Positions 38,209-49,290 of a stretch of DNA of 64,000 nucleotides are shown here, piece after piece (position 1 is the stretch's first letter; every line of letters starts with the position of its first letter). Both the position numbers and the translations under genes were made by a program. Below the pieces are notes generated by a model. That model was not told the DNA's origin, did no database searches, and worked only from the letters and a program-made list of their open reading frames with translations. This stretch comes from Haliotis cracherodii (taxonomy: Eukaryota): the NCBI RefSeq assembly GCF_022045235.1, contig NW_027266267.1:14942001-15006000 (forward strand), given 5' to 3'.

Positions 38209-38298
38209 GCATGTAAGGGAGGAGGATGCGCCTCAGGTAGGGGTCGGAGTGCCAGCTGGCTGGACCCCAGCGTTTACCTATAGCACCCCAGGACCGAC
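38197..38298 (-). CDS. Nested neuropeptide-like precursor, coding exon B
   Basis: Acceptor ggtgttgcag|GT; 102 nt, phase 1-1: (G)RSWGAIGKRWGPASWHSDPYLRRILLPYMLSAN; donor ACA|GTGAGT. Contains the GKR amidation/cleavage signal. Confidence 0.78.
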
Positions 38299-38689
38299 CT
38301 GCAACACCAGTAGACTGATGACAAGGCTGCAATACTCCCATCAGTCTTTATGTTCTATAATCAGATAACTTTAGCCCACATTGTGCAAGTAAAAATGCAT
38401 TACCCTTTACATGTATTTTGATCACAGCTGAAACTGAAATAGTTGAAACAGACATAAAATATTCTCAAAAATACTTTACAAAAAGAAAATAGGTTCATGT
38501 TGCTTAATCCTCAGTTTATCCAGGGATTCCATGACTTCATGCCTTTTGTACAATGAATGAAAATAGCTCTGAATACTCTGAATTGCACAATTACTATGAT
38601 TGTACATCTGTGGTAAAAGAAGTGGATGCATCAAATGCAACATCAGTTCACACCACTCTACATTAGTTGAAGCACTATCTCTGATATCG

Positions 38690-38797
38690 GTCGCCATGAT
38701 ATTGCTGGAATATTGCTAAAATGGTTTAAAACCTCACGCACCCACCCTCACACTCACTCACTCACTCACTCACTCACTCACTCACTCACTCACTCAC
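38690..38797 (+). mobile_element. SINE family C 3' fragment with expanded (CACT)n tail
   Basis: GATATTGCTGGAATATTGCTAAAA motif shared with 43801-43972. Confidence 0.75.
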
Positions 38798-38867
38798 TCT
38801 GTGGGCTGGTAACACTGTCCGAGTGCTAGTACTACTGCAGAGCTGCAGGTGTACCGTGTGGCCTCAC

Positions 38868-39108
38868 CTGATGTAAAGAGGTAGGGCATGCTGTAGCTGA
38901 GCTTCTGTCCCTCCTCCCCCTTCTCCCCACTGTCGCTAGCGTCGCTGGTGTCCTCGTCCACCGCCTGGCTGTAGTCCATGTTGGTGCACCCCGCACCCCA
39001 CCCACTGCAGCGGAAGAAACTCTGGCGTGCAGTGCGGGGAAAACCCACGCACAGTGACAACACACAGCACGCTACTGTCACCACAAACAAGTTCAAGGTC
39101 ACGCTCAT
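38868..39108 (-). CDS. Nested neuropeptide-like precursor, first coding exon (A)
   Basis: Acceptor tatctcttcag|G-ATG; signal peptide MSVTLNLFVVTVACCVLSLCVG, then RTAR-QSFFRCSGWGAGC, an acidic spacer and LSYSMPYLFTS; strong phase-1 donor CAG|GTGAGG. Confidence 0.82.
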
Positions 39109-40301
39109 CCTGAAGAGATAGAAGCAGAAGAGAACATGACAGTTGTGGTCATTCCTGATCTGTGGGGGATCTGTGTGTTTGATGCCATGGCTGTTACTAT
39201 GTGGGTTTGATGCCATGGCTGTTACTATGTGGGTTTGATGCCATGGCTGGTACTATAAGGCCTTTGACACGGCATTATTGTTTTACTGATCTGCAGAGAG
39301 GCCATGCTTATCCTTCAGAACATTTAAAACCTATGTTAAGGTGTGCTAATTTCCATAGGTCGTACCTCAGGTCTGACTAGAAACTACAGTTAGCTAAACA
39401 TGTACTCCGTCTTCCACAACGTTACTGATACAAAATTTACATATTCTATCTTGAAGTTGAATCTTTGGGCGTAGAAATCTACCTAGTTTTATTTCGATTG
39501 GCAGAGTGCCACCATGAAACTTTCACTCATAATGCTACACTGAGATCTACTGTGACAAAACTAACATATGATTCAACAGTCAGTATTTCTTTTGACAATC
39601 TATTTGTACGTAATATATTGCCATTTGCTTGGCCATTGTTGTTCCAAAGATTAGTAAACCAGACATAATAATCTAAGGAAAGATAGCACTTATAGTTATA
39701 GCATGTTTAAATTCCTGAAAAGGAAAAATACAAATCAAAAACTGATAATTGAGGCCTGCTGGGCAAGGCAAACACTTCATTACTCCAGGACTTAGGGAAA
39801 TTAATGGACTGTCTGCAAATAGCGCTTAGCATTCTTGATTAATCAGCAGCATAAAGTCTGCACCAACAACGTAATATAATTTAATTGGTTTATGAAGATA
39901 ACCACCCATTTCATATTAACAGCTAAGTTTGGGGTTTAATTGCCAACTGCTAAGAAACGCCTACATGCTCGGTTTTGGACAATACGGCTGAATTCCCTTG
40001 TACCCCAAATAGCTGATCAATAAAATCAGATAGGGTCGACTAGATTTTCATACAAAGTTTTTTATACAATACAAGCAAAACCATCGACTGATTTGAATTT
40101 ACGTATCAAAATACTAGCGCTCTATTTGCAGACTTAGATATTTCTTTAATGGTGAAATTCAAATCGAGATTTTCATGTAACCAGATGCCCAATTATCTAT
40201 GTATACTTTCAACCTGATGACCTGTGACAAACCTTTGTAGTTTTAAGAGATTTGACAAATGAAGGGATTAAGGGAAGTATACCTATCTTGTTTCGTGTTC
40301 A

Positions 40302-40413
40302 GGCAGAAGACCCGTCTTCGATTCCCAACATAAGTACAATGTGTGAAGCACATTTCCGGTGTACCCAGACGTAATATTGCTAAAGGCGGCGTAATACCAA
40401 ACTCACTCACTCA
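40302..40413 (+). mobile_element. SINE family C, 5'-truncated
   Basis: Shared body and (CACT)n tail; CTATCTTGTTTC direct repeat on both sides. Confidence 0.75.
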
Positions 40414-40974
40414 CTATCTTGTTTCATGAATACAATAAATGATTATTTGCTGTTTGCTAGACACACCAATTACACAAATGTAGCTGGGTTAAAGCAGGGG
40501 GTCCAGTCTGTAGTGTTCTTTTTTTGTCATACATTTAAACAACTGATAGGCCATTTGAAAATAAGTAATTCACACAGCCAGTATTTGAATCATGAGTACA
40601 GCATTGTTTCCAAACAATTACATAAAGTATTACTGACCCTTCAGAAACAACAGAATGCAGTGATTTATCTAGTATTTTTAACTTTGTTCCCGTCACAGGT
40701 ATATTTGAAAAGAAATTCTTGAATTGTCCAAATTTGGGGATTCCTACATTCAGAGTTATTCTAACTTTGCATTCAATGCAAAAAGTCCCATGGGCAGAGG
40801 TATAAAGTACTGAGTTTCAACATTTGATAACTGGGACATCTTGAGGTCTGATTTTTGATTTCTTACCAACATTTGCTGCAGACCTGGAGCTGAGGCTTGG
40901 CCTCTGATACATGCCAAGATACACTCGGGGGTTGGGGGGGCTCATTGAAACAGTCAAGTGGGCGACAGGCAGAG

Positions 40975-41650
40975 GATATGTGATTGTATATAGGAGGAAT
41001 GTGACTGTATATCAGAGGAATGTGATTGTATATAGGAGGAATGTGACTGTATATCAGAGGAATGTGATTGTATATAGGAGGAATGTGACTGTATATCAGA
41101 GGAATGTGACTATATCGGAGGAATGTGACTATATATAGGAGGAATGTGACTGTATATCAGAGGAATGTGATTGTATATAGGAGGAATGTGACTGTATATA
41201 GGAGGAATGTGATTGTATATAGGAGGAATGTGACTGTATATCAGAGGAATGTGATTGTATATAGGAGGAATGTGACTGTATATCGGAGGAATGTGATTGT
41301 ATATAGGAGGAATGTGACTGTATATAGGAGGAATGTGACTGTATATAGGAGGAATGTGACTGTATATCAGAGGAATGTGATTGTATATAGGAGGAATGTG
41401 ACTGTATATCGGAGGAATGTGACTATATAGGAGGAATGTGACTGTATATCGGAGGAATGTGACTGTATATCGGAGGAATGTGATTGTATATGGGAGGAAT
41501 GTGACTATATCGGAGGAATGTGATTGTATATCAGAGGAATGTGACTGTATATCGGAGGAATGTGACTATATAGGAGGAATGTGACTGTATATCAGAGGAA
41601 TGTGACAGTATATCAGAGGAATGTGATTGTATATCGGAGGAATGTGACTG
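40975..41650. repeat. ~21-bp minisatellite (~32 copies)
   Basis: Unit AGGAATGTGAYTGTATATMRG. Confidence 0.95.
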
Positions 41651-42399
41651 TAATACTTGAGAGATTGGTTTTCTGGGCGGTGCCAGAGAACCCTGATGAT
41701 GGGTTTCAGTGAAATGTGTGTCCTTCCTGTTGTCTGGGCTATGATGGCAAGAGTCAAGACATCAGTGCACATACTGCATGACTCCTTGTCAGGCAGGCTG
41801 GGTGTGGTGCAACATGCAACGTTTATATACACTGGGAAATCAATTTGTAATTTGTTCTTTTTACGTAATATAAGGAGACATGTCAATACTCTTTGTTTAG
41901 GTAACACAGACTGATTTGACAAAACAAGACTGATAATAGATTTCAATGAAACCTCCAACTGTGTTATTATCATCAGTTCGTAGTCGGCTCTAGTAGCATG
42001 TCCCGGAATGTTTTACACTACACACCCTTGTCTTGTGTGTTGAAAGACAGGTGAATGTGTGACATCTTGTTGCAGCACACAATTCTTCTTGCATATCAAG
42101 TAGTTCAAGTATTTCCATTGTTTTCACTGATTACCATCTGAAAGCTCCATAATAGTGATAAATGGTGGAATAATTAAGGTGATTTCACTTGTCAATCAGT
42201 AAACACGTCATTAATTCTTATTTCAGGTTTTCTGTATTTCTGTGGGGGGCACGGGTTGCCCAGTCGAGGGAACACTGTACTTAAGAATTACATCCTGTAT
42301 TGTAGCATATCGATAAATAGGCCCACGTTTATCGTGTATTGTATCGTGGGTCAAATATCACGATGCATTGGAATATCAGTGTATCGTTTCAACCTTAGT

Positions 42400-43212
42400 C
42401 AGTAATACCCAGACACTGAACACTCACCTCATCGATGGTATACCGTCACCTCGCCTGACCACATCAGTAATACCTAGACACTGAACACACGCCTCATCGA
42501 TGGTATACCGTCACCTCGCCTGACCACATCAGTAACACCTAGACACTGAACACTCACCTCATCGATGGTATAACGTCACCTCGCCTGACCATATCAGTAA
42601 TACCCAGACACTGAACACACGCCTCATCGATGGTATACCGTCACCTCGCCTGACCACATCAGTAATACCCAGACACTGAATACTCACCTCGTCGATGGTA
42701 TACCGTCACCTCGCCTGACCACATCAGTAATACCCAGACACTGAATACTCACCTCATCGATGGTATACCGTCACCTCGCCTGACCACATCAGTAATACCC
42801 AGACACTGAATACACACCGCATCGATGGTATACCGTCACCTCGCCTGACCACATCAGTAATACCCAGACACTGAATACACACCTCATCGATGGTATACCG
42901 TCACCTCGCCTGACCACATCAGTAATACCCAGACACTGAATACACACCGCATCGATGGTATACCGTCGCCTCGCCTGACCACATCAGTAATACCCAGACA
43001 CTGAATACACACCTCATCGATGGTATACCATCACCTCGCCTGACCACATCAGTAATACCCAGACACTGAATACACACCTCATCGATGGTATACCGTCACC
43101 TCGCCTGACCACATCAGTAATACCCAGACACTGAATACTCACCTCGTCGATGGTATACCGTCACCTCGCCTGACCACATCAGTAATACCCAGACACTGAA
43201 TACACGCCTCAT
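42400..43212. repeat. 65-bp minisatellite (~12.5 copies)
   Basis: Unit CAGTAATACCCAGACACTGAAYACWCACCTCATCGATGGTATACCGTCACCTCGCCTGACCACAT. Confidence 0.95.
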
Positions 43213-43800
43213 ACCATCATACCAACTGCACCATGTTCTTCAATAATTTGATTTTTATTTAGAGTAAGCACGATTTCCATTCAGAGCTGCAATGTGCATT
43301 AGTAGTCATACGCAGTTATTGGCAACGACCCAAGAGTGTGTTTGTATTCTCGTTTTTTTTAGGAATTGTGTGAGTTTTGTTGTCACCTTTAAACAGTTAG
43401 AAAACTGTAGTTACTGGAGCCAGTGGGCTTCTGATGGCCTCCCAGCAGGCAGCTAATGAAGCTGCTCTATTTATACCAGTTACACATGGTGGCTGTGTGT
43501 TCAGAGGGGGCGGAAAGACGGGACAACCTTCTGTCAAATAGATAAAATGATGCTCTTCAGTATGGTGTTTGTTTTGCTTAATTAGCTTTTGACTTCTTAC
43601 TCTATCTTTCTCTGTTGCCAATTATATTAAACATTGATCATGTTGTCAAAACTACTTTTTGGAATTGACGCACAGCTTTTTCAGTCATGTGGAATTGGCC
43701 ATTGTCAGATGTTGAACAAAAGCAGCATGCCAACTGAATTTGATTTTTCTCTTGACCCTTGACTTACTGGATGAGGCCTTCATCAGTTCCTTTCATTAGT

Positions 43801-43972
43801 GGGGCGGTCGGGTAGCCTAGTGGTTAAAGCGTTCGCTCGTCACGCCGAAGACCCGGGTTCGATTCCCGACATGGTTAGTATGTGTGAAGCCCATTTCTGG
43901 TGTCCCTCTGCCGTGATATTGCTGGAATATTGCTAAAAGCGGCGTAAAACCATATTCACTCACTAACTCACT
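43801..43972 (+). mobile_element. Full-length tRNA-derived SINE family C with 14-bp TSD
   Basis: A box TAGCCTAGTGG, B box GGTTCGATTCC, (CACT)n tail; TCCTTTCATTAGTG at 43788 and 43972. Confidence 0.93.
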
Positions 43973-44595
43973 CCTTTCATTAGTGAACGAGGACAGCGCA
44001 GAATGGACATCATTCCATACTGACACAATGTAGTCACACCAAGGAAGGTCTTGTTCGCAAACAAAACACTATTGTTACTTAAGGCTTAAAAAGATAAAAG
44101 AATTGGTTCTCGGGCAATGACTGTTGAAAATATAGTGCGGATGGGTGGTGTTTTTTCATTTCCTTTTTTTTGCTTGTTCAAACTAGTTTGTAACCAAATA
44201 AACAGTTGTGTACCATGAACCTGTGAAAGGGCCTCCCTACATAAACAAGCATACAAACTTCTATTGCTGCCATGACCATAACACGAGATGCACAGTAAAG
44301 CAGTGCGCATGTAAAGGGAAGTAACTGTGTGCTAAATTGGACAGCATTGTTTTTAGTATTAGGATTTTTATTTTTTTTGAAAATGGAAATAAAAACAAAA
44401 TGTGCAGTGGACATTATGATGATGCGGGCGGTGCCTGAGAAGCTAGACGATTATTCTTTTAGCCTAAAGTTACAACTATTCATCGTGACATTTTCATTTT
44501 TATTGTTACAATTACTTTGTGTCCATAGGATTCTTAGGTCACACAGCGTTATCAAGTGTTTGCCAGTGGGGATAGGTGTGCAGTTTGCATATAAG

Positions 44596-45050
44596 TATCA
44601 TGGTTAATATTTATACTAAGTTATCCTATAATAATTAGATCCACATCAAGTGCTTTTATGAGTTACCATGGTGTAATATTTATATATGCATTTTACCTGA
44701 TGATAAGTATTACTTGCTAAACTATTATATGAATGAAGTTATCATGGTTAACATTTATACTAAGTTATCCTATAATAATTAGATCCACATCAAGTGCTTT
44801 TCTGAGTTACCATGGTGTAATATTTATATATGCATTTTACCTGATGATAAGTATTACTTGCTAAACTATTATGTGAATGAAATTATCATGGTTAACATTT
44901 ATACTAAGTTATCCTATAATAATTAGATCCACATCAAGTGCTTTTATGAGTTACCATGGTGTAATATTTGTACATCATGGTAACTCATAAAAGCACTTGA
45001 TGTGGATCTAATTATTATAGGATAACTTAGTATAAATGTTAACCATGATA
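44596..45050. repeat. 144-bp tandem repeat (~2.6 copies) ending in an 80-bp-arm palindrome
   Basis: Units start at 44596, 44740 and 44884; 44884-44963 is the reverse complement of 44971-45050 with one mismatch. Confidence 0.92.
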
Positions 45051-45499
45051 TAAGTGTAGTAAGCTGGCCAAACAGTTTCCCTTTGTAGCAGGCATAAGGA
45101 GGGAGAGAAAGCTCATTTCACTGAAAGTGCAAAAACAATCTCCTTTATCAGAACATGAAACTCTTCAATACCTTTTGAGAAATATGTCTTGAAATGGCTT
45201 ACATTGAGATGAGAAGTGGTATTCTTCTTTTGAAAGCCTCAGTTTGATATGGATTTGCTTGAGAAATTAACACTTGTCAGTGATACATAGATTGTCATGT
45301 ATACCTTAGAGATTTCAATGTGCAGTAATTTGGGTGAATGAGCTGGATTTGTGTGGCTTTCAATTATATAACCCATCTGGTCAGTGGGTGAAATGAAGGT
45401 GTGAGCATTTTATCCCATTTTCCAGGTTAGTTGACATAATTAACACCCCAGGCCATTGGGAGCGCTTTGTGGAATATCAAGACTTTACAAATGTTGGTA

Positions 45500-45950
45500 A
45501 TCCACAAGCTGCAACTTAACATACAGAACACTGGTCATAGATTTCCCTTTGAAACTGGTCGATGGCTGAACACTCCCAGGGAAGACCGTCAGTGTCAACT
45601 CTGTAAGTTAATTGCTGTGGGAGATGAGTTTCATTATTTATTACAGTGTGCAGCTTTTCTGCAACATCGATATGAACTCTTAAATATATAATATCTTAAG
45701 GTTAAAATTTGTTTCAGTCTGTTTCAATTTAAGAAACATATGACCATGATGACCCCTAACAGTGTAAGATTCCTAAAAAGTCTCTCTGAATTCTTTAATC
45801 TGTGTATAATACAATCAGTAAAATTAATTAGTATCTACTTGTTTTATTTTCATTACTCTTGTTAAGTGCTGCCCTTTTCACAGGACGAAATTTGTATATA
45901 ATTGAATCTCATGTACCACTGTGGGTGGTTTTTCGAGAAATAAACTAGTT
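45500..45950 (+). mobile_element. Non-LTR retrotransposon ORF2 3' fragment (CCHC zinc knuckle)
   Basis: 'GHRFPFETGRWLNTPREDRQCQLCK..VGDEFHYLLQC' is a typical LINE C-terminal motif. Confidence 0.78.
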
Positions 45951-46265
45951 GAGTCAATTCCGAAATGGCAAACCAATATTTTAACTCTTAACATCAACAC
46001 AGTTGTTTACTTTACATTCCATCCTGTATTTGCTAGGAGGAGACTCTGGTGACTGAACACTCGCAATGTGTGTGTGTCCCTATGGAACTTGTTTCAGTCT
46101 CATCCACTGTGTCTCCAACATCTCTTGCTTCAGTCATTAACTCAATGTAGGGATCGCCCAGAATGGTTAAGATATTAGATTTTTTCTTAAAAAACAATAT
46201 GAAGCAGGAGGCTTTATATTTTTTAGTATGTTAAAAAAACAATAAACTTTTGAAGGCATCTGTGT

Positions 46266-46683
46266 TAAGGCTGGGACGGGTAACTCGTGTACTCGGGTTG
46301 GATGGGTACTGAGTAGGACCCGGGTACCCACAGGACTACCCGAACCCCCACAGGACTACCCGAACCTGTGGTTACTCACGTGATATATTGTTTAATGGCA
46401 AACATTATCTAGAACTTCCATGGTTACACTATAAGTGACTAATGTTTGCATTTCTTCTGACTTTATATGTTTGAATAGAGCTAAAACTTCAGTCAACTTC
46501 AATGTATGCATGACCAGATTGTTTTCTATGAGTGCCTAAAAACATTTTGCCAGGGCTACGGTCAAACTATTCCCAACCGGACATTTGTATCTATCTCTTG
46601 AGACCTACAGCGGGTACCCAGGTAGGGTCGGGTAATAGTGGGGTGGGTAACTAGGTAGTAAATTTGGACTCGTCCCAGCCCCA
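46266..46683. mobile_element. hAT-family MITE
   Basis: TIRs TAAGGCTGGGACG / CGTCCCAGCCCCA; 8-bp TSD ATCTGTGT/ATCTCTGT (1 mismatch); subterminal GGGTA/TACCC motifs. Confidence 0.8.
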
Positions 46684-48091
46684 ATCTCTGTATATTAAAT
46701 ATCAATGGATGTTATTCCCATGAGGCATGATTTATCATGTAGAATTTCACATATATTTATTTCATCAAGTGAAATGAGAAATGAGGCATCACAAATAGAG
46801 ATTTCTTCATGCGTTTTAGGGACAGTAAAATCATGTAAGGGTGGCTTTGCTTGGTAGTGAATGGGCAGAAATAAAAAAAACTAATAATTCATTGATGTAG
46901 GTGAAAGAAATTCTTCCTTTTTCCCTTTTGTTAAAACCGATTGAGTGCAGCGTAGAGAACTATTGGGATCACAGCGGACACATGGCTTTCATCAGGCGGG
47001 GCATGTAATGTTGCCTCCAGCAGGGAAGCTACTGATTGTCTAATGTCTCCTGTCTTGGTTCAGGCAGCATGGACTGAAATATGACTGTAGTGGTATTTAA
47101 CTCCCATCAACCAAACTCAGCCTTCATCCACAATCAATACACATGTTTGTAATATGCCAGTGTAATAATCTCTTGACATGCTTAACTTTTCCCAGGATGA
47201 TAGAGTAATTTACAAATCTGCCAAAATAAATCTAGTGTATCATTGGTAATGAGCATGTTGGGACTGCGAGTTGTTGACAGATGATTATTCAATCTTATAA
47301 CAAGTGTTCTGTTTGCAAGGACAGTGCGATCAATGTGTGGTATCTGGTGGTGGCTGAGGAGGGGTCATGTGGTCAAATTGGTATTTTACACATCTGCACA
47401 GATTAGTTAGGGCCTTTTTACTTGGTTTACAGATTTAAAAAACTAAGGGTCTGTGATTGGAATAAATAATATAACTGTTGAATTGTAAAGTTGGCAGGGT
47501 AAGAAATGCAAAAGAACAAAGCAGTTTTACTGATGTTAAAGCAAAAATTCCTGAACCTGTATGCAACAGTAGCAGACAATGGGCCTTGAAAATTGGCTTT
47601 GGCCTGCCACACGAGTAATTCTTTCAACATTGTCTGAGAATTGTCATGAACACAAAATGACAGCCCTCAAAAATTTTGTTTTGTTCTTGACATGTGAAAT
47701 TCAGGGTTGGCAGACTTGTAAACCTGGAAGTAAGAAACACAGCCCTAGCATGGTGACAGAAGACAGGAGAACATGTCCTTGTGTGGGACCTATGGTAGTG
47801 TGGGAGCTTGGGATAGTTGTGGATGTAAAGGTGGAAGTTCACATTGATGGAGCTCCGAGCTGATTGTCATGAAGTTAGAAACTGAGAACGATGGTGACTT
47901 CCATCTACAGTGATTTCTCTCTGTTAACAATCTTTGGTTTCTCAGTGTGTCAGAGATCTCTTCTGTGCAATACATCAGTGCAGTGTTTTGGGGGACTTCT
48001 TTACGAACTGGTAGTGTAACTAGTGTGGACGAGAGCAAGGTTGGGGTGAGGGAGATGGGTTGTGACCTGTGTGTGTGGCTTTGATGCAGTG

Positions 48092-48316
48092 TGGGGGTGG
48101 GGGGGGGGGGGGGGGGGGGGGGGGGACACACCTCCCATGTAGTTGGGGCACACATGGCCCCATTACCTAAAGCGCCAGATTGTATTCCTTGGTCTCGTCA
48201 GAATCAACCGACCATGGTATTCCTACTGATTAGACCCTCATCCCCACGATCACCAAACACCCCCACCCCTACCCCCACCCCCACCCTCACCCCCACCCAT
48301 CCCACCACACACTCCC
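48092..48316. repeat. Poly-G run (~34 nt) followed by a C-rich (CCCAC)n tract
   Basis: Direct reading of the sequence. Confidence 0.85.
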
Positions 48317-48623
48317 CAAGCTAACACACCATAATGTTACTGAAAAACTGTTCAATGTGGCATCAGACACACCTCCCTTGTGAGACTAGAGTGAGGTTGA
48401 GGTGGGTGTTGGATCCTTGTGTTACCCTGACTCCCTGCAGTAAGTGGCAGAGCAAAAGAAACCATACTTCCCAGGAACGGCAGATAAATGAATGATCTGA
48501 TTCATTGATGAATATTTATGTGAAGTATGACAGTAATATGTACAATTTGACAGGAAGCGATTCCACTGTCCATAGATCAGATAATGCCTTGTACTGTACT
48601 TGTCTTCAGCAACCCCTACTTGA

Positions 48624-48834
48624 CGTAAAAGGCGACTATGCTTGTCGTAAGAAGCGACTAACAGGATTGGGTGGTCAGACTCACTGACTTCATTGATGCA
48701 TCTCATCAATCCAAGTTGCGTGGATTGATGCTCATGATGTCAATCACTGGATTGTCTGGCTTAGACTCGATTATTTACAGACCGCCGTCATATGGCTGGA
48801 ATATTGTTGAGTGCAGTGTTAAACAACAAACAAA
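48624..48834 (+). mobile_element. SINE family D body (GTAAGARGCGACTAA motif, AAAC tail)
   Basis: Shared with the inverted copy at 49079-49290 and a fragment at ~26328-26455. Confidence 0.75.
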
Positions 48835-49078
48835 GCTAAAAAAAATTGTACTTGATCATCAGATGTAAAATGACTTTCTGTATTCACAAGTCAATGCTGA
48901 TGTCCACACAGTTGTAGATCGTGGTTTCCAATACATCTGCATTGCCTACTACTAACTTCAGTGACGCTTTTTGAAATTGATTTCATTATTTACATAATAA
49001 GTATAGTGACACAGCATTCTGTTAGAATATAAAGTCACTGTATTATAGCCTCCCTGCATGATGTTATAGCACCATATG

Positions 49079-49290
49079 ATTGTTTGTTTGGTTGGTTGTT
49101 GTTAAACACCACACTCAGCAGTATTCCAGCTATATGACAGCTGTCTGTAAATAATCAAGTCTGCCCCAGACAATCCAGTGATTGACATCATGAGCATTGA
49201 TATACGCCACTGGGATACAATGACATGCATCATCCAAATCAGTAAGTCCGCCCGATCTCGTTTGTTGCCTCTTACGACAATACAACAAGC
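49079..49290 (-). mobile_element. SINE family D body, inverted copy
   Basis: Diverged reverse complement of 48624-48834. Confidence 0.75.

Noticed and set aside
37343-38341. 332-aa His-rich ORF as a stand-alone gene
   Set aside because: Only 38298-38197 behaves as an exon; the remainder is the 54-bp array and the N-terminus is intronic.
38794-39216. 140-aa single-exon ORF as annotated in the track
   Set aside because: The upstream Met lies in a 28-bp repeat/intron before a clear acceptor, and the C-terminus runs through a strong donor; the spliced model fits better.
40911-41650. ORFs with RRNVTVY repeats
   Set aside because: Products of the 21-bp minisatellite, with no splice or homology support.
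41685-41725. Possible hammerhead ribozyme core (CTGATGA...GAAA); also near 61183
   Set aside because: I could not build a paired stem II or matching stems I/III by eye; an Infernal scan with hammerhead models would be decisive.
43801-43875. tRNA gene (GTC anticodon-like)
   Set aside because: The acceptor stem does not pair, it continues into a SINE body with a (CACT)n tail and TSD, and several copies occur in the window; all tRNA-like heads here are treated as SINE-derived.
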